DNA of 64,000 bases from Chloroflexota bacterium. Its GTDB lineage: Bacteria > Chloroflexota > Limnocylindria > Limnocylindrales > CSP1-4. Position numbers and translations under genes: made by a program. The notes under the pieces are model-generated. The model was not told the origin of the DNA and did not search any database. It saw only the letters and a list, made by a program, of their open reading frames with translations. This document shows, in pieces, positions 56,146 through 64,000 of this stretch; position 1 is the first letter of the stretch; every line of letters begins with the position of its first letter. Location: the NCBI GenBank assembly GCA_017853275.1, contig JAFMJV010000007.1, positions 1,694-65,693 of the forward strand. The letters run 5' to 3'.

Positions 56146-57101
56146 CGGGGGTCGCGCGGCAGCGCGGGCCGGACGTCGCTCGCGAAGAGCGCGAGGTCCT
56201 CGTGCTCCGGCCAGCCGGTGAAGACGAGCTGGAAGGCATCGATGCCCAGCTCGGCAAGCCCGCCGAGGTGATCCACGAGCTGGGCCGGGGTCCCGGCGAA
56301 GGCGGGGATCGCCGGCCAGGCGGGGGCGGCCCGTCCCCGCGCAGCCGCCTCGTCCCGGTCGAGGGTGACGGTGAGGTAGAGGGAGCGCCGGAGCGTCGCC
56401 GGGTCCCGCCCCTCCGCCGCGCACGCCGCGTCCAGCCGGGCGAGCGTGGAGCGGACCTTCTCCGGCGGGCGGCTGAGCATGTTCCACCAGTCCGCGTGCC
56501 GGGCGGCCACGCGCATCGTGGCCTCCGCCTCCCCGCCGACCATGACGATCGGGGCCGGGTCCGGGCGGGGGTAGCAGGTGGCCCCGGCGAGCGGGAAGGG
56601 GCTCTCCGGCCGGTCGACCGGACCGCCGGTCCAGAGGAGGCGGATCGCCGCGAGCGCGGCGTCGAGCTCCGCCACCCGCGCCTCCGCAGGCGGGAAGGGG
56701 ATGCCGTACGCGCGGTATTCCGCCTCGTCCCAGCCGGCCCCATAGCCGAGGATCGGCCGCCCCGGGCGGATCCCGTCCGCCGCGGCCGCGGAGGCCATCA
56801 GGGCATCCAGGCTCGCGATCATCTTCGCGAGGAGCGGCGGGTGGCGGTACCCGACCGCCGCCACGATCGGCCCGATCGAGATCCCCGGGTGGCGCGAGGC
56901 GACCCAGGCCAGGAGGGTCCAGCACTCGAGCCGGAAGCGCTCCCCCGTCATGAAGTGGTCCGAGATCCAGAGCGAATCGATCGCATCGCCGGCCACCGCG
57001 AGCGCCCGGTCCAGGTCCCGGACATAGGTGACGGGGTCCACCCGCTCCAGCCCGCGCTGGCCGGAGGGCGGGTTATAGCCGACATGGATCGGGCGGGTCA
57101 T
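56142..57101 (-). CDS. LLM class flavin/F420-dependent oxidoreductase
   Basis: WISDHF, ECWTLL, YRHPPLLAKM..LD, GAGW..EY..YG, PIVMVGG, ADWWN. Confidence 0.88.
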   Translation of the reverse strand: MTRPIHVGYNPPSGQRGLERVDPVTYVRDLDRALAVAGDAIDSLWISDHFMTGERFRLECWTLLAWVASRHPGISIGPIVAAVGYRHPPLLAKMIASLDALMASAAAADGIRPGRPILGYGAGWDEAEYRAYGIPFPPAEARVAELDAALAAIRLLWTGGPVDRPESPFPLAGATCYPRPDPAPIVMVGGEAEATMRVAARHADWWNMLSRPPEKVRSTLARLDAACAAEGRDPATLRRSLYLTVTLDRDEAAARGRAAPAWPAIPAFAGTPAQLVDHLGGLAELGIDAFQLVFTGWPEHEDLALFASDVRPALPRDPR

Positions 57102-57190
57102 CGGGTGCTCCGGGCTGGTAGGACGACCACATCGTAGCGAGCGCGCGCGGCTAGACTCGGCCGGTCGGCCGAGACGAGGTGGAGGGGAAG

Positions 57191-57874
57191 ATGGGGCTCA
57201 TCGACATCAGCGGTCCGATCCGCGACGGCATGTGGTACTACGGCGAGCCGTACCTGGATATGCCGGTCCACCCGGTGCGCGTGAAGGAGGTCGACTTCCC
57301 GCCCCCGTACACGGGCCGGATCTACACCCAGGAGCTCGAGATGTGCGTCCAGACCGGCTCCTACCTGGAGACCGCCGCGCACGCGATCAAGGGCCGCGAG
57401 GAGATCGACGACGTCCCCCTGGAGCGCTCCTGGATGGTCCCCGCCGTGGTCATCCATACCCCCAAGGGGCCGCTCGAGAAGGTGACGCTCGCGGAGGCGA
57501 AGGCGGACCTCGCCGCGCAGGGCCTCACGATCGAGAAGGGCGATGCGGTCCTCTTCCATACCGGCTGGGACTCCGCGTACCACGACCCGCAGCGCTACCT
57601 GACGCAGATGCCGTACATCGCGGGCGACCTGATGCACTGGGTGATGGACCACGAGCCGGGGATCATCGGCTGCGACACCCCGCGCGCCGATTCCCCGACC
57701 GATCCGCAGCACTTCTTCGAGCGCTTCTTCTCCACGCAGATCCTCCTCCTCGGCTGCGTGACGAACCTGGGCGCCGTGCCGCGCGGCGGCCCCAAGACGC
57801 GCCTGTGCGCGCTCCCGCTGCCGATCGACGGCGCGTGCGCCTCTCCCGTGCGGGTCGTCCTCGTCACACCCTAG
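57191..57874 (+). CDS. Cyclase/kynurenine formamidase-fold protein with non-canonical metal motif
   Basis: IDIS.PI, GDAVLFHTGW, GCDTP, TNL, ALPLPI.GA.ASPVRV; SD GGAGG. Confidence 0.82.
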   Translation: MGLIDISGPIRDGMWYYGEPYLDMPVHPVRVKEVDFPPPYTGRIYTQELEMCVQTGSYLETAAHAIKGREEIDDVPLERSWMVPAVVIHTPKGPLEKVTLAEAKADLAAQGLTIEKGDAVLFHTGWDSAYHDPQRYLTQMPYIAGDLMHWVMDHEPGIIGCDTPRADSPTDPQHFFERFFSTQILLLGCVTNLGAVPRGGPKTRLCALPLPIDGACASPVRVVLVTP

Positions 57875-57901
57875 GCGCACGCCGGGGCGCGGCCGCGCCG
57901 G

Positions 57902-58768
57902 TCAGCCCCGGCCCCACTCCCGGGCGATCCCCTCGGCGATCCCGATCCGTGGCCGGCCGAGCGTGCGCTCGAGACGCCGGATATCGGCGACCCAGCTCGG
58001 CGACGGCTCGGCGCCCCGGACGAAGCGGGGCGTCGCCCCGACGGCGCGCGCGAGGTGCTCCACGAAGGTGACCCGGGAGACCGCCTCGGGCCCGGCCACG
58101 TTGACCACGCGCGGCGGACGGGCGACCTCGGCGGCGCGGATCGTGAGCGCCACCGCATCGTCCACGTGGATCGGGTTCATCCACGGACCGTCGTCCGCGC
58201 CGGTCTCGATCGGCGCACCGGCCGCGAGAAGCTCGAGGAAGCGCAGGATCATCGGGTTCGACCCATCCCGCGCGTAGGGTGCGTAGTAGCGGAGGGACGA
58301 GACGGCGAAGGGCCAGCGGTAGGCGAGGAGCGCCTGCTCCGCGAGGTGCTTCGTCAGGTTGTACGGGTTCGGGGGGCGGGCGGCGGCCCGCTCCGAGACC
58401 GCGCTCCCGCTCGGCCCTGCCCCGGCGATCCCCCCGGTGGAGCCGTAGACGAAGCGCCGGACGCCGGCCCCGGCAGCCCATTCCAGGAGGGCGAGCGCCC
58501 CGGTCACGTTCGTCCCCGCGAGCTCCATCAGGCCGGGGTCGCGCCCGTACGGGTCGTCGATCCGGGAGGCCTCATGGATGACCACCTCGATCCCGGCGGG
58601 GAGGGCGGCGGGGTCGAGCCGCTCGAGATCCGCCTCCAGCCAGGTGACGCCGGCCGGGGCGGGACCGGGCGGACGGCGCACGAGGGCCACGACCTCGTGG
58701 CGCGCCGCGAGCGCCGGGAGGAGATGCCGGCCCACGAAGCCGGTGGCGCCGGTGAGCAGGACGCGCAT
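57902..58768 (-). CDS. NAD-dependent epimerase/dehydratase
   Basis: TGATGFVG, GST, YNLTK, IHVDD. Confidence 0.88.
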   Translation of the reverse strand: MRVLLTGATGFVGRHLLPALAARHEVVALVRRPPGPAPAGVTWLEADLERLDPAALPAGIEVVIHEASRIDDPYGRDPGLMELAGTNVTGALALLEWAAGAGVRRFVYGSTGGIAGAGPSGSAVSERAAARPPNPYNLTKHLAEQALLAYRWPFAVSSLRYYAPYARDGSNPMILRFLELLAAGAPIETGADDGPWMNPIHVDDAVALTIRAAEVARPPRVVNVAGPEAVSRVTFVEHLARAVGATPRFVRGAEPSPSWVADIRRLERTLGRPRIGIAEGIAREWGRG

Positions 58769-58844
58769 CAGGGACGGACCGTGAGGTCCGAGCCGGCCTC
58801 CGCGGGGAGGAGCCCGGGTCTCGTCCGGCCGCCGAAGCGGTCGC

Positions 58845-60038
58845 TCATCCCGCGGCCTCCGCCGGCTCCCGGGCCAGGCTCCGGCCGTCCCCGGCGTCGA
58901 AGAGGTAGAGGCGCGCCGGGTCGTAGAAGAGCTCGACCCGTTCGCCGTGGCGGACCTCCCGGCGGACGTCCAGGCGCGCCGTGAAGCGGCTCCGGGCGGG
59001 CTCGGCGAGGAGCGTCTCCTCGTCCTCCGTCCGGGCGGCGACCGGTCCCGCGTGATAGCGCGGCGCGTCCACCGGGAAGACGATGAGCTGCTCCGCCCCG
59101 AGATGCTCCACGACCTCCGCCTCCACCGGTAGCCGGACCGCCGTGGAGGTGCCGTCATCCGCGGCCACATCCGCGGCGCGCAGCGCGAAGTCCGCCGGCC
59201 GCAGCCCTGCGATCACCTGCGAGCGCGCCCCCACCCGTGCCCGCTGGGCTTCCGTGAGCGGGAGCCGGTGGTCGCCGAGGCGCAGATCGCCGTCCGCGAC
59301 CTCCGCGATCGCGAGGTTCATCGCGGGAGAGCCGATGAAGCCGGCCACGAAGGCGTTCGCGGGCTCGCGGTAGAGCCGGCCCGGCGCGTCCACCTGCTGG
59401 ATCTCGCCGTCGAGCATGACGCAGACGCGATCCCCCAGGGTCATCGCCTCGGTCTGGTCGTGGGTGACATAGACGGTCGTGACGCCGAGCCGGTCGTGGA
59501 GCCGGGCGAGCTCCGCGCGCATGCTCACGCGGAGCTTGGCGTCCAGGTTCGAGAGCGGCTCGTCCATGAGGTAGACGACCGGCTGCCGGACCATCGCGCG
59601 CCCGATCGCGACGCGCTGGCGCTGGCCACCCGAAAGCATCCCCGGCCGGCGTGCCATCAGCTCGCCGAGCCCGAGCGCCCCCGCGATCCCGCCGACCCGC
59701 TCGCCGATCACCTCCCGCGGCGTCCGGCGCCGGCGCAGCCCGAAGGCGAGGTTCTCCTGCACGTCCATGTGGGGATAGAGCGCGTAGCTCTGGAAGACCA
59801 TCGCGATATCGCGCTCGGAGGGCGAGAGGTCCGTGACATCCCGCTCGCCGATGAGGACCGCACCGTCCGTCACCGTCTCCAGGCCCGCGATCAGCCGCAG
59901 GAGCGTGGACTTCCCGCAGCCTGACGGCCCCACGAGGACGATGAACTCGCCGTCACCGATCTCCAGGTCCAGGCCCCGGATCGCCGCGAAGCCGTTGGGG
60001 AAGACCTTGCGGATCCCCGAGAGCGTGACCGAGGCCAT
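58845..60038 (-). CDS. Sugar ABC transporter ATP-binding protein (MalK/MsmX-like)
   Basis: GPSGCGKS, LSGGQRQR, MDEPLSNLDAKLR, FIGSPAMN, TOBE. Confidence 0.94.
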   Translation of the reverse strand: MASVTLSGIRKVFPNGFAAIRGLDLEIGDGEFIVLVGPSGCGKSTLLRLIAGLETVTDGAVLIGERDVTDLSPSERDIAMVFQSYALYPHMDVQENLAFGLRRRRTPREVIGERVGGIAGALGLGELMARRPGMLSGGQRQRVAIGRAMVRQPVVYLMDEPLSNLDAKLRVSMRAELARLHDRLGVTTVYVTHDQTEAMTLGDRVCVMLDGEIQQVDAPGRLYREPANAFVAGFIGSPAMNLAIAEVADGDLRLGDHRLPLTEAQRARVGARSQVIAGLRPADFALRAADVAADDGTSTAVRLPVEAEVVEHLGAEQLIVFPVDAPRYHAGPVAARTEDEETLLAEPARSRFTARLDVRREVRHGERVELFYDPARLYLFDAGDGRSLAREPAEAAG

Positions 60039-60049
60039 CCCGATCCTCC

Positions 60050-60928
60050 CTACCGGCCCGACGAGATCGTCGCGAACCCGCGGTCGAGCTGCCGCTGGAT
60101 CGTCGCGAAGAGGGCGAGGACCGGGACGGTCCCGAGGAGCGCCATGAACATCAGGCGCTGCCAGTCGATATCCCACTTGCCGATGCTCGCGAAGACGCCC
60201 ACGGAGACGGGCTGGTTCTCCGGGCTCGCGATGAGGAAGGTGACCGCGAAGATGAACTCGTTCCAGCCGATGATGAAGGCGTACATCGCGGTCGCCACGA
60301 GCCCCGGCACGGAGAGCGGGAGGATCATCCGGAAGAGGATCCCGAGCCGGCCGTACCCGTCGATCCGGGCCGCCTCCTCGATCTCCACGGGGATCGAGCG
60401 GAAGAAGCCGGTGAGGAGCCAGATCGAGAAGGGGAGCGTGAAGGCGGAGCCCGCGATGATCACGCCCTCCATGCTCCCCAGGAGGCCCGTCTCCTTGTAG
60501 AGACGGAAGAGCGGGATGAGAAGGACGACCGGCGAGAACATCTGGGTGATGAGGACGAGGTCGAGGAAGAGGCGCCGTCCCCGGAACTCGTGGCGGGCGA
60601 GCACGTAGGCGGCCGGCACCCCGGCGACCATCACGAGGATCGTGTTCCCGATGGCGATCGTGAAGGAGTTCCGGAAGTAGCCCCAGATCGAGGGGTCCGC
60701 GAGGGTCCGCTGAAGCCCCGAGAGGTCGATCGTGTCCGGGATCCAGTGCGCCGGCCCGGCCAGCTCCTGGGGCGACTTCAGCGCCGTGGAGAGCATGACG
60801 AGATACGGGAAGGCGCTGAGGATCGTGAAGAAGACGATCCCGCCCCAGAGGAGGAGCGAGAGCCCGAATGGCCGGTCGCCGGGGGAGCGGCGGGAGCGGG
60901 CGCGCACGGGGCGGGCGGCGGCAGCCAT
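60050..60928 (-). CDS. Carbohydrate ABC transporter permease
   Basis: IPVEIEEAARIDG, WNEFIFA. Confidence 0.92.
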   Translation of the reverse strand: MAAAARPVRARSRRSPGDRPFGLSLLLWGGIVFFTILSAFPYLVMLSTALKSPQELAGPAHWIPDTIDLSGLQRTLADPSIWGYFRNSFTIAIGNTILVMVAGVPAAYVLARHEFRGRRLFLDLVLITQMFSPVVLLIPLFRLYKETGLLGSMEGVIIAGSAFTLPFSIWLLTGFFRSIPVEIEEAARIDGYGRLGILFRMILPLSVPGLVATAMYAFIIGWNEFIFAVTFLIASPENQPVSVGVFASIGKWDIDWQRLMFMALLGTVPVLALFATIQRQLDRGFATISSGR

Positions 60929-61911
60929 CAGCCCACCTTCGTCCGGTGGATGAGGAGGTGGACGTAGGCGAGGCTGAGCGCGAGGAGGGCGCACAGGACG
61001 ACGACCGCGAGCGTGGAGGCCATCCCGAAGTCGAGCAGCTGGAAGCCCTTCTGGTAGAGCCACGTCGCGAGGATGTCCGTCCGGTTCACCGGACCGCCGC
61101 CGGTCATCACGAAGATGATCGGGAAGCTGTTGAAGCAGACGACGAAGTTCGCGAGGGTCGTGATGAGGAGCATCGTCCGCGTCAGCGGGAGGGTGATCCG
61201 GACCGTCTGCGCCACGCGGGAGGCGCCGTCGATCGAGGCCGCCTCGTAGAGGTCCCGCGGGACCGAGCGCATCGCCGCCGCGAGCATCACGCCCGTGAGG
61301 GGGACGGAGACGCAGACCCCCACGAAGATCAGCGCGACCCACGCCTGGGGGACGTTCGCGAGCCACGCGATCCCGCCCTTCGCCGGCCCGAAGCCGGCGA
61401 GCGTGTGGTTGACGAGGTTCTCCGGCTGGAAGGCGAAGCCCCACACGACCGCGGAGAAGGCGAGCGAGGTCGCCGCGGGGAGGATGACGATCGTGCGGAA
61501 GATCGCCCGGCCCCGGAAGCGCTGGACGAGGACGATCGCGAGCAGGTAGGCGAGGACGGTCGTGATCCCCACCACGCCGATCGTCCACAGGAAGGTCTGG
61601 CCGGTGATCTTCCAGAAGAGCGGGTCGTTCCAGAGCTTCACGAAGTTGTCCACGCCGTTGAACGTGCCCGGGTCGTTGATCCCCTTGTTCTTCTGGAAGG
61701 CGAGCCAGATCGACTGGAGGGTGGGGTAGAGGAAGACGAAGCCGAGCAGGAGCGCGGCAGGCAGCAGGTAGAGGTAGGCCGTCTCGATCCGCCGCCGCCG
61801 GCGCGGGCTGCGTCCGAGCGTGACGGACCCCGGGACGGTGGGGCGATCCGAGGACCGTCCCACCCCGACCGCAGGCGCCGACGCCTGAGCGGTCCGTCCC
61901 GGGGCCGTCAT
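60928..61911 (-). CDS. Carbohydrate ABC transporter permease
   Basis: GVDNF, VPRDLYEAASIDGA, TGGGP. Confidence 0.92.
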   Translation of the reverse strand: MTAPGRTAQASAPAVGVGRSSDRPTVPGSVTLGRSPRRRRRIETAYLYLLPAALLLGFVFLYPTLQSIWLAFQKNKGINDPGTFNGVDNFVKLWNDPLFWKITGQTFLWTIGVVGITTVLAYLLAIVLVQRFRGRAIFRTIVILPAATSLAFSAVVWGFAFQPENLVNHTLAGFGPAKGGIAWLANVPQAWVALIFVGVCVSVPLTGVMLAAAMRSVPRDLYEAASIDGASRVAQTVRITLPLTRTMLLITTLANFVVCFNSFPIIFVMTGGGPVNRTDILATWLYQKGFQLLDFGMASTLAVVVLCALLALSLAYVHLLIHRTKVG

Positions 61912-61930
61912 GGGTTCCAGGAGCTCGCGA

Positions 61931-63187
61931 CTACTCGAGGCCGGCGAGACCGTCCACGATCGCCTGGCAGGCGACCTCGGGGCCGGTCCCGTCAAGGAAC
62001 ATCGTGGTGATCGCGTTCGTGCCGATCTTGTCGAACTCGACCCAGTTCTTGTCCAGCGGCACGAACTTCGCGCTCGGCAGGGCGTCCGTGAAGGCCTTCG
62101 TGGGGCCCTCCTGGAAGTCCGGCAGGGCGAAGTGCTCGGTGTAGACCGGGAGGAAGCCGCGGTCCTTCACGAAGCGCAGGTTGTGGTCCGGCTCCATGAG
62201 GAACTCGACGAAGGCGATCGCCGCCGCCGGGTTCTTGCTGTCCTTGAAGATCGCGTAGACGTCGGTCACGCCGACGGTCGCCGCGTTCGTCCCCTGCGGG
62301 ACCGGGAAGGTGGAGAAGGTCACGTCCGGACCCTTCTCCGCGATCATCCCGGTGAGCCAGGGCCCGCTGATCGTCATCGCGGCCTGGCCGCTCGCCATCG
62401 TGGCGACCTGCTGGTCGAAGGTCCCCGCGGTGACGTCGGACTGGAAGAGGCCTTCCTTGTTCATCGTGTCCCAGACGGTGAGGCCCTTGACGCAGGCCTC
62501 CTGGTCCACGGAGAGCTTGCCGTCCTTGACGAGCTCGCCCCCGTTCGTGAAGTAGACGTAGTTGAACCAGGCGGCCATCGCCTCCTGGCCCTTCCCCTCG
62601 TAGTAGAAGGGGATCTCGACACCCGCGGCCTTCAGCGCCCGCGCGTCCTCGAGGAGCTCGTCCCAGGTGGCGGGCGGCGCATCGATCCCCGCCTGCGCGA
62701 AGAGGTCCTCGTTGTAGAAGACGGCCCGCGCGGATGCGCCGTAGGAGAGCCCGGTGAGGCCGCCCTGGTAGCGCGCGCCGTCACGGAGCGCCGGGTCCAT
62801 CCGGCCGAGCAGGTCGGCGCTGTAGCCCGCCTCCTCCCAGTCGAGGAGGACGCCCGCGTCCGCGAGCGGCGGGAGCCACGAGCTGGCGATCTGGGCGACA
62901 TCGGGCGGCGCGCCACCGGAGGCCTGGGTGGTCAGCGAATCCCGGTAGGTGTCCAGGTTCGGGATCTCGAGCGTCAGGTTGACGTTCGGGTGCAGCGCGT
63001 TGAACTCGGCCTTCATCTCGTCGAGCCAGGGCTGCATCTTCGCGTCGTAGGCGAGGAAGTCCACGCGCAGGTCGCCGGACAGCTCGTCCTGCCCGACGGC
63101 GGCTCCCGCCGCCAGGGTCGTCCCCACGAGCGCGGCGAGCGCGCCCGCGATGACCGCCCGGCTCCCCGGGCGAGTCCTCGTCTCCAT
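61931..63187 (-). CDS. Carbohydrate ABC transporter substrate-binding protein
   Basis: SD GAGGAGG; signal peptide ending AVG-QD; PPDVAQ, FYNEDLF...PPATWDEL, GPW. Confidence 0.92.
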   Translation of the reverse strand: METRTRPGSRAVIAGALAALVGTTLAAGAAVGQDELSGDLRVDFLAYDAKMQPWLDEMKAEFNALHPNVNLTLEIPNLDTYRDSLTTQASGGAPPDVAQIASSWLPPLADAGVLLDWEEAGYSADLLGRMDPALRDGARYQGGLTGLSYGASARAVFYNEDLFAQAGIDAPPATWDELLEDARALKAAGVEIPFYYEGKGQEAMAAWFNYVYFTNGGELVKDGKLSVDQEACVKGLTVWDTMNKEGLFQSDVTAGTFDQQVATMASGQAAMTISGPWLTGMIAEKGPDVTFSTFPVPQGTNAATVGVTDVYAIFKDSKNPAAAIAFVEFLMEPDHNLRFVKDRGFLPVYTEHFALPDFQEGPTKAFTDALPSAKFVPLDKNWVEFDKIGTNAITTMFLDGTGPEVACQAIVDGLAGLE

Positions 63188-63251
63188 CCGTTCCTCCTCT
63201 TCAGGGACCGCGCATCGCACGGCCCACCGGTGACCGCCCGCCGGCGGAGAG

Positions 63252-63272
63252 CGGTCGGACCAGTCTGCCAAA
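63252..63272. promoter_or_regulatory. Candidate GntR/FadR-family operator
   Basis: Minus strand TTGGCAGACTGGTCCGACCG contains the palindromic core GGTC-N-GACC, in the divergent SBP/ALDH spacer. Confidence 0.4.
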
Positions 63273-63382
63273 TCCGTGCGGGGGTGGGAACCCGTTCCTG
63301 CGCGGTCGGGCCCCGGGCGGATGGGTCGCCTCGCTAGACTCGCCGCAGCCCACCCCCCCAACCAGCAGACGAGGTCGATCCC

Positions 63383-64000
63383 GTGAGCGCACCGGTCCGG
63401 CTCGCCGACGCCCGCCACCTCATCGACGGCCGCGAGGTCGATTCCGTCTCCGGACGGACCTTCGCGACGATCGACCCCTCCACCGGCACGGAGCTCGCCC
63501 GGGTCGCCTTCGGCGAGGCCGAGGATGTGGACCGGGCCGTCCAGTCCGGACGACGTGCCTTCCAGGCGGGGAGCTGGTCCCGGCTCTCCCCCGGGGAGCG
63601 CGCGAAGCGGATGCGCAGGCTCGCCGATCTCATCCACGCGGACGCGGACCGGATCGGCGCGATCGAATCACGGGATACCGGGAAGCCGTTGGGACAGGCG
63701 ACCGCGGAGGTCCACGTGGGCGCGGACTTCCTCACCTACTTCGCGGGCCACGCGGAGCTGCCGGACGGCCGGACCTACCCGGTGGATGCGGGCTACTTCG
63801 TCTACTCGAAGCGCGAGCCGTACGGGGTGGTCGGCGCGATCTCGCCCTGGAACTACCCCTTCCTCCTCGCCTGCTGGAAGACGGCGCCGGCGCTCGCGGT
63901 GGGGAACAGCGTCGTCCTCAAGATGGCGGAGCAGACGCCGCTCTCCACCTCCGAGCTCGGCCGGCTCGCGCTCGAGGCGGGGATCCCGGCGGGCGTCCTG
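63383..64000 (+). CDS. Aldehyde dehydrogenase (3'-truncated at the window edge)
   Basis: Not in the ORF track (no stop in the window). GTG 63383: HLIDG, DPSTG, DVDRAV, DTGKP, REPYGVVGAISPWNYP, ALAVGNSVVLKMAEQTP. Confidence 0.93.
   Translation, partial: MSAPVRLADARHLIDGREVDSVSGRTFATIDPSTGTELARVAFGEAEDVDRAVQSGRRAFQAGSWSRLSPGERAKRMRRLADLIHADADRIGAIESRDTGKPLGQATAEVHVGADFLTYFAGHAELPDGRTYPVDAGYFVYSKREPYGVVGAISPWNYPFLLACWKTAPALAVGNSVVLKMAEQTPLSTSELGRLALEAGIPAGVL

Noticed and set aside
58769-58844. Small hairpins (including a cUUCGg loop on the minus strand) as an ncRNA or riboswitch
   Set aside because: The stems are short and expected by chance in GC-rich DNA; no recognisable aptamer.

Overview
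This window is a very GC-rich bacterial chromosomal segment, densely coding, with about 59 genes. I found no rRNA, tRNA, CRISPR array, integrase or transposase. The gene repertoire suggests a monoderm high-GC lineage such as Chloroflexota (Limnocylindria-like) or Actinomycetota; this is a weak inference. Most long ORFs in the supplied track are GC-bias shadow frames, so many true starts were re-called from start/stop overlaps, Shine-Dalgarno sites and -10 boxes. Four blocks are visible. (1) 0.6-13 kb: an Opp/Dpp peptide ABC importer and an SDR/M20/epimerase/unknown catabolic operon. (2) 13-24.7 kb: secreted and envelope proteins, including two paralogous beta-helix proteins, a thermonuclease lipoprotein divergent from a membrane-anchored Mrr-like endonuclease, TM2 and DUF805 proteins, a phosphoesterase and an HEXXH protease. 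(3) 24.7-38.7 kb, the most striking locus: an NHLM-bacteriocin-type three-gene exporter that lacks the C39 leader peptidase and has no adjacent precursor or maturase. It is translationally coupled to an atypical beta-lactamase-fold hydrolase and a YdcF/ElyC-family protein, and sits back-to-back (61 bp) with an anmK-murQ-sugar ABC-AmiE-like peptidoglycan salvage operon. (4) 38.7-64 kb: a catabolic region with three FMN alpha-hydroxy-acid oxidases, D-2-hydroxyacid dehydrogenases, an orphan molybdoenzyme subunit coupled to tdh, an aldolase, an LLM oxidoreductase, a cyclase-family protein lacking its metal ligands, two more ABC importers and an aldehyde dehydrogenase. Window-wide signals are recurrent leaderless promoters (TANNNT 6-7 nt before the start codon), solute-binding proteins without lipoboxes, and no recognisable transcription factor.
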